Positions 9,801 through 19,488 of a stretch of 64,000 bases of DNA are shown here, piece after piece. A program made the position numbers and the translations under genes. The notes beneath the pieces are model-generated. The model did not search any database. It was not told the DNA's origin and saw only the letters and a program-made list of their open reading frames with translations. The stretch's first letter is position 1; the number at the start of each line of letters is the position of its first letter. The stretch spans positions 208,735 to 272,734 of the forward strand of contig CAZYIA010000002.1 of the NCBI GenBank assembly GCA_964646765.1, read 5' to 3'. The stretch comes from an uncultured Candidatus Saccharibacteria bacterium (GTDB lineage Bacteria; Patescibacteriota; Minisyncoccia; Phycocordibacterales; UBA9973).

Positions 9801-10206
9801 GATTTTGAACTTCTTTTTGAGTATTTTTGGCCAAGCTCCACAACCAGTACAGAAGATGGAGGCTACGGCCCCGAGCGCGATGTTTAGTAGTGCTGATGTG
9901 GCACAACCGGCGTACGTTGCATTTAAAACACCTGTTCCTGTTTCTGTTCTCGATTCAATATCGAAACTTGCGAGCAGCCTCGGAATTTCTGATGCTGATG
10001 CACTCGTTGTTCGCAATGACATTGAAAAGAACGGTTTTTTCACTGACGTAAGTAATACTACGATTGTTGGCGACTATGGAGATGTCCTTTGGGGAACCTT
10101 TTATGAGAAAACCAAAGATATTATCTATGCGGCAGAAGCACAAAGTACTCAAGCACTACAACAGGCAAATCAAACTCCTCAAGCTGTACTTCAACTCCTT
10201 CGCTGA
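6874..10206 (+). CDS. Large pilus-associated protein with PilX-N/GspK-like N-terminus and a repetitive C-terminal region (putative tip adhesin)
   Basis: ATG at 6874 (the ORF track's TTG at 6856 is less likely). 'RGYVILFTVLICSIILAMALGIANVAY...ALFAADSAAECAL' resembles the PilX_N / pseudopilin GspK N-terminal domain. Rich in Thr, Ser, Asn and Gly. Internal ~457-aa tandem duplication. Last gene of the pilin operon. Confidence 0.5.
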   Translation: MRNFFSSKHRSERGYVILFTVLICSIILAMALGIANVAYREDTFTIDARDSHYALFAADSAAECALHYLLLPTGSPFVDSITGDWVDPVTITCGEENGAPISLRATNQGSPTSPDYIFDVNADTLNPAGVVLPKGCGIPRVVEVSENNQNYIKVQGIGYNFDCTTFFGFGTNLPAKLVQRAIEYNFSLDANQNSGNPISGSGVLNISGFDPGALTGTISSTTQNSGGGVLGNSQGGTLWTTLTNFFANLFGINTNGANGGGTINSGNYQGQLQTANQTNLNLLQNPVGNNGSTNFQSNSAPDARMTGTQSPDYAPVYGTTGTTTYQKTLTTDANGNLYVPDDSLSRLSTGLRVNTAADTAASLKTQDLSTDWFNRFFGADPEADVLLKQAQLAQQARQAPVSVYDSSVLQIKALPDGVEKSVAIANTVLSRYADLSGDTSILKTVDPKSLVEIAQKMSFDGAAADPSKVAELFKQYDAANGTSVASTINSELLAKIVTEFASISETQPVQTSVSVPILRRVVDFFLNLFGQAQQQAAVSRLASTQDDMLAAKSALAAYGDATKDWTTVSVINPEILSSILSQYSTDGVITEEITSDIVKKYAAAVNDPAMVATVDLKALTTALNEARLDSRIMPATATTVSITEDGVTRALMKLEDPTNPIQVPLFTKLANTILPDGPVTPDIAKVFLDKYAEATGDTKAISTIDTVTLAGVLNDLRANAVATPAASTVLPVKVSLLSRMSAYLSQLLGVRQKQAVLVTYEAKPATAVPPVDMVSFGDKVYSIAISMGVKDSDAQVAQDDIVKNGFLTSMSKDVIDTNYGDTLWNAFYAKVKETYTTLQAESAATASRVLQVASTPISGYQEAILKVKSMPDGTEKDIAIANTILSQYSSLSGDASISQTVDPKSLIEIAQKMSFDGAAADPSTVGELFKQYDAANGTSVASQVNNDLFAKVVSEFASVSKAENTPAPIPVPITRQILNFFLSIFGQAPQPVQKMEATAPSAMFSSADVAQPAYVAFKTPVPVSVLDSISKLASSLGISDADALVVRNDIEKNGFFTDVSNTTIVGDYGDVLWGTFYEKTKDIIYAAEAQSTQALQQANQTPQAVLQLLR

Positions 10207-10215
10207 TTACAATAG

Positions 10216-12246
<2,031 letters not shown>

Positions 12247-12288
12247 GCGTCTTTTTCTATTTTAGAAATACGTGCTATAAATAGCCTC

Positions 12289-12570
12289 ATGGAACTAAAA
12301 GATATCGACAAGCTCGCCGTTTTAGGACGATTAGATATTCCTCAGGAAGAGAAAGAAACAGTCCTTCGCGATTTAACTGCGATTGTCGGCTACATTGATC
12401 AAATTCAGTCCGTTCCCGTTGATCTGAGCGTTTCGGTTGAACTTCCAGAGCCACGAAATGTCTTTCGTGAAGATACGGATCCAAATGATCCTGGAGCTTG
12501 TACTGATGCGTTGATAAAAAATATGCCGGATCACGATGGTAATTATCTTAAGGTGCCACGAATTTTATAA
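12289..12570 (+). CDS. gatC: Glu/Asp-tRNA amidotransferase subunit C
   Basis: 93 aa. 'LAVLGRLDIPQEEKE...DL..I..YIDQI' matches GatC. Directly upstream of gatA. Confidence 0.8.
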   Translation: MELKDIDKLAVLGRLDIPQEEKETVLRDLTAIVGYIDQIQSVPVDLSVSVELPEPRNVFREDTDPNDPGACTDALIKNMPDHDGNYLKVPRIL

Positions 12571-12573
12571 TAT

Positions 12574-14007
12574 ATGATTGATCTTGCAACACTTACCATT
12601 GAAGGTGCGCATGCTTCGCTTTCAAAAAAAGAGTACACCGTACGAGAACTTGTTGATGCCTACCTTGCAGTTATCAAGGAGAAAAATCCGCGTATAAATG
12701 CGTACCTTGAAATCTTTGATGATATTGATGCACAAGTAGAAAAAGCGCAGGCTCGCTTTGATGCTGGAACTGCCTCAATGCTTACAGGAATTCCTTTAGC
12801 TATCAAAGACAACATTTTGATTGGAGGAAAAGAAGTAACTGCTTCATCAAAAATTCTTTCGGGATATCACGCAAGTTATGACGCTACTGCGATTACAAAA
12901 CTAAAAGCTGAGAATGCTATTTTCTTGGGCCGAACTAACATGGATGAATTCGCCATGGGGAGTTCTACTGAAACCTCCGCATATGGTGTAACTCGAAATC
13001 CAAATGATGAGACTCGGGTTCCTGGTGGTTCTTCTGGTGGTTCTGCGGCTGCGGTTGCTATGCATGGAGCGCTTGCAGCACTTGGAAGTGAAACCTGTGG
13101 TTCAATTCGTCAACCATCAGCTTTTTGTGGACTTACGGGTCTCAAGCCAACCTACGGTGCTGTTTCTCGTTATGGCCTTATTGCGATGGGAAACTCGCTC
13201 GATCAGATTGGTCCGATGGCAAAAACAACTGGCGATGTAGAAATCTTATATAATGCCCTTCTTTCCTACGATCCAAAAGATAGTACTTCAGTTCCTATGA
13301 CTCACAGAAAGGGGAAAGAGGGAAAGCCGCAACGTATTGGTGTGCCAGTTGAATGTTTCCAAGGCGAAGGTTTTGATCCTGAGGTGCTCGCAAACTTTAA
13401 GCAGTCTATCGACATGCTTGCCGGTGCTGGATACGAAATTGTTGAATTAACCTTTCCTCTCCTCTCATATTCACTCCCGGTGTACTACATTATTATGCCT
13501 GCTGAAGCTTCAACAAACCTTGCTCGCTTTGATGGTATGCGCTACGGCTACAGAGATAAGAGCGCGAAAGACCTTTTTGATATGTATGCAAAAAGCCGTG
13601 GCCAAGGTTTTGGTAGAGAAGTTCGTCGCCGTATTCTTCTTGGTACGTATATTCTTTCGCATGGTTACTATGATGCTTATTACACTAAGGCTGTAGCCCT
13701 ACGTAATCGTATTGCTAAAGAGATTAAGAAAACATTTGAAACAGTAGATATTATTGCTACACCAACTGCTCCAACCCCACCGTTTAAGCTCGGTGAAAAA
13801 CTCTCTGATCCCGTGGCGATGTACTACTCTGATATTTTCTCAGCACCAGCCAATCTCTCTGGTGCTCCGGCTATTGCTCTTCCTGCAGGCACAACTCGGG
13901 ACGGATTACCTCTCTCAATTCAGCTTACTGCACCACACTGGCGAGAAGATGCGCTCTTTTCTATGGGGCGTCATTTTGAAGAGCTCAGAAAATCACAGAA
14001 AAATTAA
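12574..14007 (+). CDS. gatA: Glu/Asp-tRNA amidotransferase subunit A (amidase)
   Basis: Amidase signature 'GGSSGGSAAAVA'. Ser-cisSer-Lys triad context. 477 aa. Confidence 0.9.
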   Translation: MIDLATLTIEGAHASLSKKEYTVRELVDAYLAVIKEKNPRINAYLEIFDDIDAQVEKAQARFDAGTASMLTGIPLAIKDNILIGGKEVTASSKILSGYHASYDATAITKLKAENAIFLGRTNMDEFAMGSSTETSAYGVTRNPNDETRVPGGSSGGSAAAVAMHGALAALGSETCGSIRQPSAFCGLTGLKPTYGAVSRYGLIAMGNSLDQIGPMAKTTGDVEILYNALLSYDPKDSTSVPMTHRKGKEGKPQRIGVPVECFQGEGFDPEVLANFKQSIDMLAGAGYEIVELTFPLLSYSLPVYYIIMPAEASTNLARFDGMRYGYRDKSAKDLFDMYAKSRGQGFGREVRRRILLGTYILSHGYYDAYYTKAVALRNRIAKEIKKTFETVDIIATPTAPTPPFKLGEKLSDPVAMYYSDIFSAPANLSGAPAIALPAGTTRDGLPLSIQLTAPHWREDALFSMGRHFEELRKSQKN

Positions 14008-14045
14008 AATACTAGTTAAAAGCATAGTATACTTACGAGAGTACT

Positions 14046-15014
14046 ATGGCAGCACCAGCAGCACCGGCAGGAGAAGAAAAAGCTCCAAATGTATGGGGGA
14101 TCACACTCCCAATCATCTTTGTAATTGCTTTTGTGGCTATTCTTTTATTTGGTGCTCGAAAACCTTTTGAGCCGACATATCTTAACCCTGATTTTTTCTT
14201 TAGTAAGGTTCAATCAATTCTTTTCTCAATTATTAATTACCGTGTTGGGGTTACCCTTAAAATAGTTGTTGCTATTATTTGTTCCTTTTTGATTGGTCTT
14301 AATTTTTATCTCTTTCTTCGAATACGTGAGTATGAAGATGAGCATGCCGATCACGTGTTTCATCATGCCGAAGATGATGAGCGACCAACTGGGATGCTGG
14401 GACACTTAATGAGCGAAGGAAAAGATTTAGTTCGTGATACTGGTGGCGGGGTTCGTTCAGCTGCCAATATATTAGGTGAAACAACTGAAGGTTTATTTAA
14501 CCGTATTATGTTTGGGGCGGATGATGCTGATTTCTTTGATCCTGAACCAGCAGAACCCAAAATTACTCCAAAGAGAGAACGTTCTCAAGTTGAACTTGCT
14601 TCTGAACCTTCAGCAATGCTTCCTGAAACAACACCCCCTGATGCGATAGTAATACCTACTCCAAAGCCGAGAATTGAGACACCAAGGGCAGATCGAGAAG
14701 GGGCTTACAAATGGCGCATGGTTCAAAAACTTATGCAGTCACAGAATCCCTCTGATTGGAAACTCGCCATTATTGAAGCAGACACTCTCCTGGACGTATT
14801 AGTTGAGCGGACAGGTTTCCCTGGAGTAACACTTGGTGAGCGGCTTAAAAATAGTGACCCTGGTGTCTTTCGGACACTTGCCTATGCGCGAGAAGCGCAT
14901 GGAATTCGTAACCGCATTGCGCATGAGGGGATTGAGTTTAAATTAAATGAGCGAGATGCACGACGAACTATTCAACTCTACGAAGCAGTCTTCCAAGAGT
15001 TTGAGTATATATAG
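14046..15014 (+). CDS. Hypothetical membrane-anchored protein
   Basis: Two N-terminal TM helices followed by an acidic, Pro-rich linker. The C-terminal domain is unrecognised. Confidence 0.4.
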   Translation: MAAPAAPAGEEKAPNVWGITLPIIFVIAFVAILLFGARKPFEPTYLNPDFFFSKVQSILFSIINYRVGVTLKIVVAIICSFLIGLNFYLFLRIREYEDEHADHVFHHAEDDERPTGMLGHLMSEGKDLVRDTGGGVRSAANILGETTEGLFNRIMFGADDADFFDPEPAEPKITPKRERSQVELASEPSAMLPETTPPDAIVIPTPKPRIETPRADREGAYKWRMVQKLMQSQNPSDWKLAIIEADTLLDVLVERTGFPGVTLGERLKNSDPGVFRTLAYAREAHGIRNRIAHEGIEFKLNERDARRTIQLYEAVFQEFEYI

Positions 15015-15078
15015 TTTGCCGAAAAGGCAAAATATGCTATAGTTACTGCCTCAATTCAAAGCTCGCAGGAGCTTTTTG

Positions 15079-15149
15079 CGCGGGGTAGAGAAGAGGTATC
15101 TCGCAAGGCTCATAACCTTGAGACCCCGGTTCAATTCCGGGCCCCGCAA
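15079..15149 (+). tRNA. tRNA-fMet (initiator, anticodon CAU)
   Basis: Cloverleaf folded by hand. Anticodon loop 'CTCATAA'. C1:A72 mismatch ('CGCGGGG'/'CCCCGCA'), characteristic of bacterial initiator tRNA. Anticodon stem with consecutive G-C pairs. No encoded CCA. Confidence 0.7.
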
Positions 15150-15217
15150 CAATTCGGCACGTGACATGCCAAACTACGTGTTTTCGGGCCGAAGATTGAT
15201 TTTCCGAATCCTTACTT

Positions 15218-15291
15218 GCCGACGTAGCTCAGTTAGTTAGAGCGGGCGTTTCATAAGCGCCAGGTCATAGGTGCAACTCCTATCGTCGGCA
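15218..15291 (+). tRNA. tRNA-Met(CAU), elongator or Ile2 (lysidine) type
   Basis: Acceptor 'GCCGACG'/'CGTCGGC'. D-arm 'TAGCTCAGTTAGTTAGAGC'. Anticodon stem 'GGCGT/GCGCC' with loop 'TTCATAA'. Confidence 0.7.
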
Positions 15292-15342
15292 CACGCTGTG
15301 CGAATTACAGAAATATGGTAGTATGCACAACGTTATATATAT

Positions 15343-15416
15343 GCGGTCGTAGCTCAGTTGGTTAGAGCGCCCGCCTGTCACGTGGGAGGTCGTGGGTTCA
15401 AATCCCATCGGCCGCG
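15343..15416 (+). tRNA. tRNA-Asp(GUC)
   Basis: Acceptor 'GCGGTCG'/'CGGCCGC'. Anticodon loop 'CTGTCAC'. T-arm 'GTGGGTTCAAATCCCAT'. Discriminator G. Confidence 0.8.
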
Positions 15417-15420
15417 CATA

Positions 15421-15665
15421 GGAAAAAAGCCCTTTAGGGGGCTTTTTTTGCGGCCGAAGCGAGACACCTGCGTGTCTCGCGTTGGGATTTGAAAGACTTT
15501 TCCGTACGAGCGAAGCGAGGGGGAAAAGTACCTGGCTACGTAGTAGCCAAATCCCATCGGAGTCATGACTTTACGAAATAAAATATCCATGAGAGTGACC
15601 AAATCCCGCATTATTCTACGAGGTAGAAAAGTATCTACCCGTCTAATCACCAAATGCCGTATTCA
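15421..15665. repeat. Array of tRNA-Asp 3'-end-derived repeats with hairpins
   Basis: Terminator-like hairpin 'aaaagccctttagggggcttttttt'. Then three 'CCAAAT(C/G)CC' copies at ~15548, 15598 and 15649 ('gtagccaaatcccatcgg', 'gaccaaatcccgca', 'caccaaatgccgta'). An inverted copy 'gttgggatttga' sits at ~15481. Two 'gaagcgag' motifs. The tRNA-Asp T-arm is 'ggttcaaatcccatcgg'. Confidence 0.4.
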
Positions 15666-15771
15666 CAAATATCCCTTTTCATCGTTAGTATTTCTGTGCT
15701 CATCCCTGTAAGAAAAAATGTATTGAAAAATATTTTTATGGTACTGTAACGGAGTACAATTAATCAGTTAG

Positions 15772-16110
15772 GTGACTTTTATGGCACAAGCAAACTTTTT
15801 CTTTTCTGTTTTTCTTTTCGTTCTTGTTGTGGTTCGTGTTGCTCTTTTTTATAAACCAATCCAACTACCCAAAATAAAGGGAAGAGATCTTCACCCGTAT
15901 ATGTTTGGTATCGTCATTATTATTCTCGGTGCTATTCTTGAACACGTAACTTTGTATGGGTTAGGTTTTGCTCTTTTTGTTGAGGAACTACCATGGCTCA
16001 TGCTTCGCCGTAAAAATAGAGTGGATGGATATGCACCAAAAGCTTCTCTGATACTTCTCGGTCTAATTTTAGTTATCTTTCTGTTTAGAAATACTATTGT
16101 CTTTTTCTAA
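15772..16110 (+). CDS. Hypothetical small membrane protein (3 TM)
   Basis: 112 aa, hydrophobic. Followed by a strong terminator. Confidence 0.4.
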   Translation: MTFMAQANFFFSVFLFVLVVVRVALFYKPIQLPKIKGRDLHPYMFGIVIIILGAILEHVTLYGLGFALFVEELPWLMLRRKNRVDGYAPKASLILLGLILVIFLFRNTIVFF

Positions 16111-16112
16111 AC

Positions 16113-16146
16113 AAAAAAACCGCCAACAATGGCGGTTTTTTGTTGA
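16113..16146. terminator. Bidirectional rho-independent terminator
   Basis: 'aaaaaaaccgccaacaatggcggtttttt' lies between convergent genes. Confidence 0.6.
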
Positions 16147-16151
16147 GTACA

Positions 16152-16616
16152 TTATAGACTTGTTTCGCTTGTGGTAATTTCTCCCTGCGCTTCAGCATTA
16201 GCGGTGGCGGCCTGACCGCATGACTTCATGGTTGTCTTGTAAGTATCCCATGCTTTCTTTTTAGCAGTGCGGAGAGTATCTTGAGCGCTTTTAGCCGCTC
16301 CGTGATATGCCTTCCATGCAGCCTGGCGAGCAGCACGACGTTCTTTGGCGGTTGGTTTTGCCCAAGCATCTTTTAATGCAGTCTGACGAGCGGTGAGCGC
16401 AGTCTTAAGAGATGCGTTAAATGGATCAAGAGCAGCAATAAGAGCAGTTTCACGAGCATCAATGGCTGCATCTATGCATGGCAACTTTACGCTTGCGGTG
16501 ACACTAGTATTAGTTCCGGTTTCTGCAGAAACAATTGCGGGGAGGGCAATACTTGCTCCAGCAAGCAACGCACCTGAAACCGCGAGAGTAGCAAATTTTT
16601 TTACGGCGTATTTCAT
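16152..16616 (-). CDS. Secreted Ala/Lys-rich helical protein (hypothetical)
   Basis: Signal peptide 'MKYAVKKFATLAVSGALLAGASIALPAIVSA'. Low-complexity A/K/T-rich mature part. Confidence 0.45.
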   Translation of the reverse strand: MKYAVKKFATLAVSGALLAGASIALPAIVSAETGTNTSVTASVKLPCIDAAIDARETALIAALDPFNASLKTALTARQTALKDAWAKPTAKERRAARQAAWKAYHGAAKSAQDTLRTAKKKAWDTYKTTMKSCGQAATANAEAQGEITTSETSL

Positions 16617-16759
16617 GATTCTAAGTCGTTATGGATAAGGAAAGGAGAATCTTATACCGCTTCTCTCGGTAGAAGACCTCACAAAAAGGATACTGCGATT
16701 GAAAAAAAGAGGCAAATCAGATAGTATGGTGCTGTCCTAAGGCTTTTTAGTCATTACAA

Positions 16760-16832
16760 GCCAATGTAGCTCAGTTGGTAGAGCACCCCCATGGTAAGGG
16801 GGAGGTCATCGGTTCAATCCCGATCATTGGCT
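16760..16832 (+). tRNA. tRNA-Thr(GGU)
   Basis: Acceptor 'GCCAATG'/'CATTGGC'. Anticodon stem 'CCCCC/GGGGG' with loop 'ATGGTAA'. T-loop 'GGTTCAATCC'. Confidence 0.8.
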
Positions 16833-17018
16833 CAAGGTCTCAAAGAGACCGAGCCAATGAAGCACATGAACTGCTTCATGTGCGTTCGGTGATTGAAAGC
16901 CGCAGCTATGTCGCAACGCGGCAAGCGAGGCGGGGCCGACAGTACTTAGTCCGCACAGCTTTAGAAGCGAGCAGACTTAGTAACTGGTAGCCAATCCCGA
17001 TCCTGTAGATTTTGTTTC

Positions 17019-17091
17019 GCCACCCTAGCTCAGTTGGTAGAGCGGTCCCTTCGTAAGGGATAGGTCCCCGGTTCAATCCCGGGGGGTGGCT
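17019..17091 (+). tRNA. tRNA-Thr(CGU)
   Basis: Acceptor 'GCCACCC'/'GGGTGGC'. Anticodon loop 'TTCGTAA'. T-arm 'CCCGGTTCAATCCCGGG'. Confidence 0.8.
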
Positions 17092-17098
17092 CAGGTAA

Positions 17099-17821
17099 TT
17101 ATCTCGGATGGTTTACATCCCCGTTATCTTTTCTTGGGAATATGGCGTGCTTTGCGTACGCCTTGAGTGTTTTACCAATACCATTCTTAAGCAGTCGTCT
17201 ACTTGAAGAAGGTACAGTAATTTTTGCTGCGTAACGAACGTTCCCAACTTTCGAAAGTCGGTTTGCCGTATCAGTATCATCGCCATGAAAAGGAATTGAA
17301 GTATCGAATCCTCCAATTTCTTCGAGAGCTTTGCGTTTAATAATGGCATTACCGCCAACCATAATACCTCGGTCAACAATTTTAAGGAGCGCAGCAGCTG
17401 TTGGAATAAGTATGTACGTATAGAGATCGTTTACTGGCTTACCCCACCAAAATGGTTTTGGGGTGTAATCATATGAACCGGTTACTGCCACTGTATCTTC
17501 GTTTGCATTTAATACAGCGAGAGCAACTGAAAGCCAATCTGGTGGAGGGGTGCAGTCAGCGTCGAGAGTGGCGATGACATCTCCTTTTGAAGCTAGAAAA
17601 CCAGCTTGGCGGGCTGCGTTGGGGCCTTTTTTCTCTAGATAAGTAATGACCGTAACATTTTTAAACTTTTTCGCTATGGCCACAGTTTTATCAGTGCTGC
17701 CATTATCAACAACAATAATTTCAAATGGTTGAATCTTTAATAGACCAAGTGCCTTGAGTGTTTTTGGTAAGTATTTTTCCTCATTGTAGGCCGGAATAAT
17801 AATAGAAACTCGGTCGCGCAT
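17099..17821 (-). CDS. Family 2 glycosyltransferase (GT-A)
   Basis: 'VSIIIPAYNEEKYLPKTLKAL...EIIVVDNGSTDKT' and a 'DAD'-type DXD motif. Confidence 0.75.
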   Translation of the reverse strand: MRDRVSIIIPAYNEEKYLPKTLKALGLLKIQPFEIIVVDNGSTDKTVAIAKKFKNVTVITYLEKKGPNAARQAGFLASKGDVIATLDADCTPPPDWLSVALAVLNANEDTVAVTGSYDYTPKPFWWGKPVNDLYTYILIPTAAALLKIVDRGIMVGGNAIIKRKALEEIGGFDTSIPFHGDDTDTANRLSKVGNVRYAAKITVPSSSRRLLKNGIGKTLKAYAKHAIFPRKDNGDVNHPR

Positions 17822-17883
17822 AAATATACAGAAAGTATAGCATCAAGAATATAAATGGCTACGATTTGCTATAATCGCCCGAG

Positions 17884-18759
17884 ATGGAAAAAGAAGCCAT
17901 AGAAAAGCGTATTGCCGAAATTGATGTCGCCCAAGCCGGAGCTGATTTTTGGACTGACAAAGCAAAAGCCCAAGGAATGATTAAAGAGCGACAGGAACTT
18001 CAAGCCAAACTGGAAGGCGCTGGTATTTTCGATAAGGGAGCGGCAATTCTCACTATACTCGCAGGTGCAGGAGGGGATGATGCCGAAGATTTTGTTCGAA
18101 TGCTTTATGAAATGTATGCAAAATACTCTGATAAGCGCGGATGGAATTACTCTCTGATTCATGAACACTCAAATGACCACGGTGGGTATCGAAACATTTC
18201 CATAGAAATCAGCGGCAAAAACGTGTACGGTGATTTAAAACACGAATCTGGCGTGCATCGTTTGGTGCGACTTTCACCGTTTAATTCGAAAGCAAAACGT
18301 AACACCAGTTTCGCGCTTGTTGAAGTCATTCCAAAGATCAATAAAACCGATATGCCTGAACTAAAAGAAGGGGATGTGGAGTTTGAAACTTCGAAAGCCG
18401 GCGGCCCAGGAGGACAGAATGTGAATAAACGCGAGACAGCGGTGCGACTCACGCATAAACCAACAGGTATTACGGTTTCAGTTCGTGAAGAACGATCTCA
18501 AGAACAGAATCGTGAACGGGCGATGGAAATTTTGCGCGGTAAACTCTACGCGAAGGCTGAAGCGGAACGCAAAGAACTCTCAGAGAGCATGCAAATTGCT
18601 GGCCGCACAGAAATTGAATGGGGAAATCAAATTAGAAACTATGTCCTTCACCCTTATAAACTAGTGAAAGATCTTCGCTCAGGTGTTGAAAGCTCAAATC
18701 CAGACGATATTTTAAGCGGAAATCTCGAGGCTTTTATTGAGGGGAATAAGAAGGTATAA
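17884..18759 (+). CDS. prfB: Peptide chain release factor 2 (short N-terminal domain)
   Basis: 'GGQ' motif in '[22 protein letters not shown]'. 'SPF' tripeptide 'VRLSPFNS' is RF2-specific. 291 aa. No programmed +1 frameshift site was seen. Confidence 0.8.
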   Translation: MEKEAIEKRIAEIDVAQAGADFWTDKAKAQGMIKERQELQAKLEGAGIFDKGAAILTILAGAGGDDAEDFVRMLYEMYAKYSDKRGWNYSLIHEHSNDHGGYRNISIEISGKNVYGDLKHESGVHRLVRLSPFNSKAKRNTSFALVEVIPKINKTDMPELKEGDVEFETSKAGGPGGQNVNKRETAVRLTHKPTGITVSVREERSQEQNRERAMEILRGKLYAKAEAERKELSESMQIAGRTEIEWGNQIRNYVLHPYKLVKDLRSGVESSNPDDILSGNLEAFIEGNKKV

Positions 18760-18802
18760 TAGCCCGTGTTTACTGTAGTGCTTTTTGCAGTGACCATTAC
18801 GC

Positions 18803-19486
18803 ATGATTTATTTTACTAATGTTTCCAAAGTGTATCCAGGCAACTCAGTGTCGCTTGATACCATAAACCTGACTATTAACCGAGGGGAGTTTGTTTCAAT
18901 CGTTGGGCATTCTGGCGCTGGTAAAACCTCCCTTGTAAAACTACTCTTAGCTGAAGAGTATCCCACTGAAGGTACCGTTTTTTATGAATCTCAGGATATT
19001 CATAAGCTCTCTCTGAATGAACTAACTAAACTACGCCGTAAAATTGGAGTAGTGTTTCAAGATTTTCGTCTCCTGCCACAAAAAACAGCTTACGAAAATA
19101 TTGCTTTTGCTATGGAGGCAGCTGGGAAAACTGATGAGGAAATTCGAGCCGATGTGCCGCATGTACTCGACCTCGTTGATCTTGGTTCTCGCATGATGCA
19201 TTTCCCTAATCAACTCTCTGGCGGTGAAAAACAGCGCTTAGCTATTGCTCGCGCGATCATTAACCAGCCAGAAGTTATTCTTGCTGACGAGCCAACTGGG
19301 AACCTCGATCCGATCAATACTTATGAAGTCGTTCAGATTTTGAAGAAAATTAATGATCTCGGTACAACAGTTGTACTTACGACGCATAATCGAGGAGTTA
19401 TTGAATCTGTGGGTCGCCGTGTGATTACCCTCGACAAGGGCAAGATCGTGCGCGATGATAAGGAAGGTAAGTACATGATTTCATAA
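18803..19486 (+). CDS. ftsE: Cell-division ABC ATPase FtsE
   Basis: Walker A '[10 protein letters not shown]'. Signature '[14 protein letters not shown]'. Walker B '[11 protein letters not shown]'. Directly upstream of ftsX. Confidence 0.85.
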   Translation: MIYFTNVSKVYPGNSVSLDTINLTINRGEFVSIVGHSGAGKTSLVKLLLAEEYPTEGTVFYESQDIHKLSLNELTKLRRKIGVVFQDFRLLPQKTAYENIAFAMEAAGKTDEEIRADVPHVLDLVDLGSRMMHFPNQLSGGEKQRLAIARAIINQPEVILADEPTGNLDPINTYEVVQILKKINDLGTTVVLTTHNRGVIESVGRRVITLDKGKIVRDDKEGKYMIS

Positions 19487-19488
19487 CT

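Noticed and set aside
6968-10152. Multiple 60-126-aa ORFs on both strands inside the 3.3-kb adhesin gene
   Set aside because: All nested within a long, coherent + strand ORF with repeat structure. Typical shadow ORFs.
15378-15653. 91-aa minus-strand ORF across tRNA-Asp and the downstream repeat array
   Set aside because: Overlaps a tRNA gene and repeat/hairpin region. Almost certainly non-coding.
16775-16990. 71-aa ORF overlapping tRNA-Thr(GGU) and its downstream hairpins
   Set aside because: Begins inside the tRNA. Translation is Arg/Ser-rich junk.
15421-17018. CRISPR array
   Set aside because: The repeats near the tRNAs are short, irregularly spaced and tRNA-derived, not regular 25-40-bp direct repeats with unique spacers. 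No cas genes in the window.
17822-17960. Programmed +1 frameshift in prfB
   Set aside because: No 'CTTTGAC' shifty stop with upstream SD-like element. An in-frame stop immediately precedes the ATG, so the short ORF is taken at face value.
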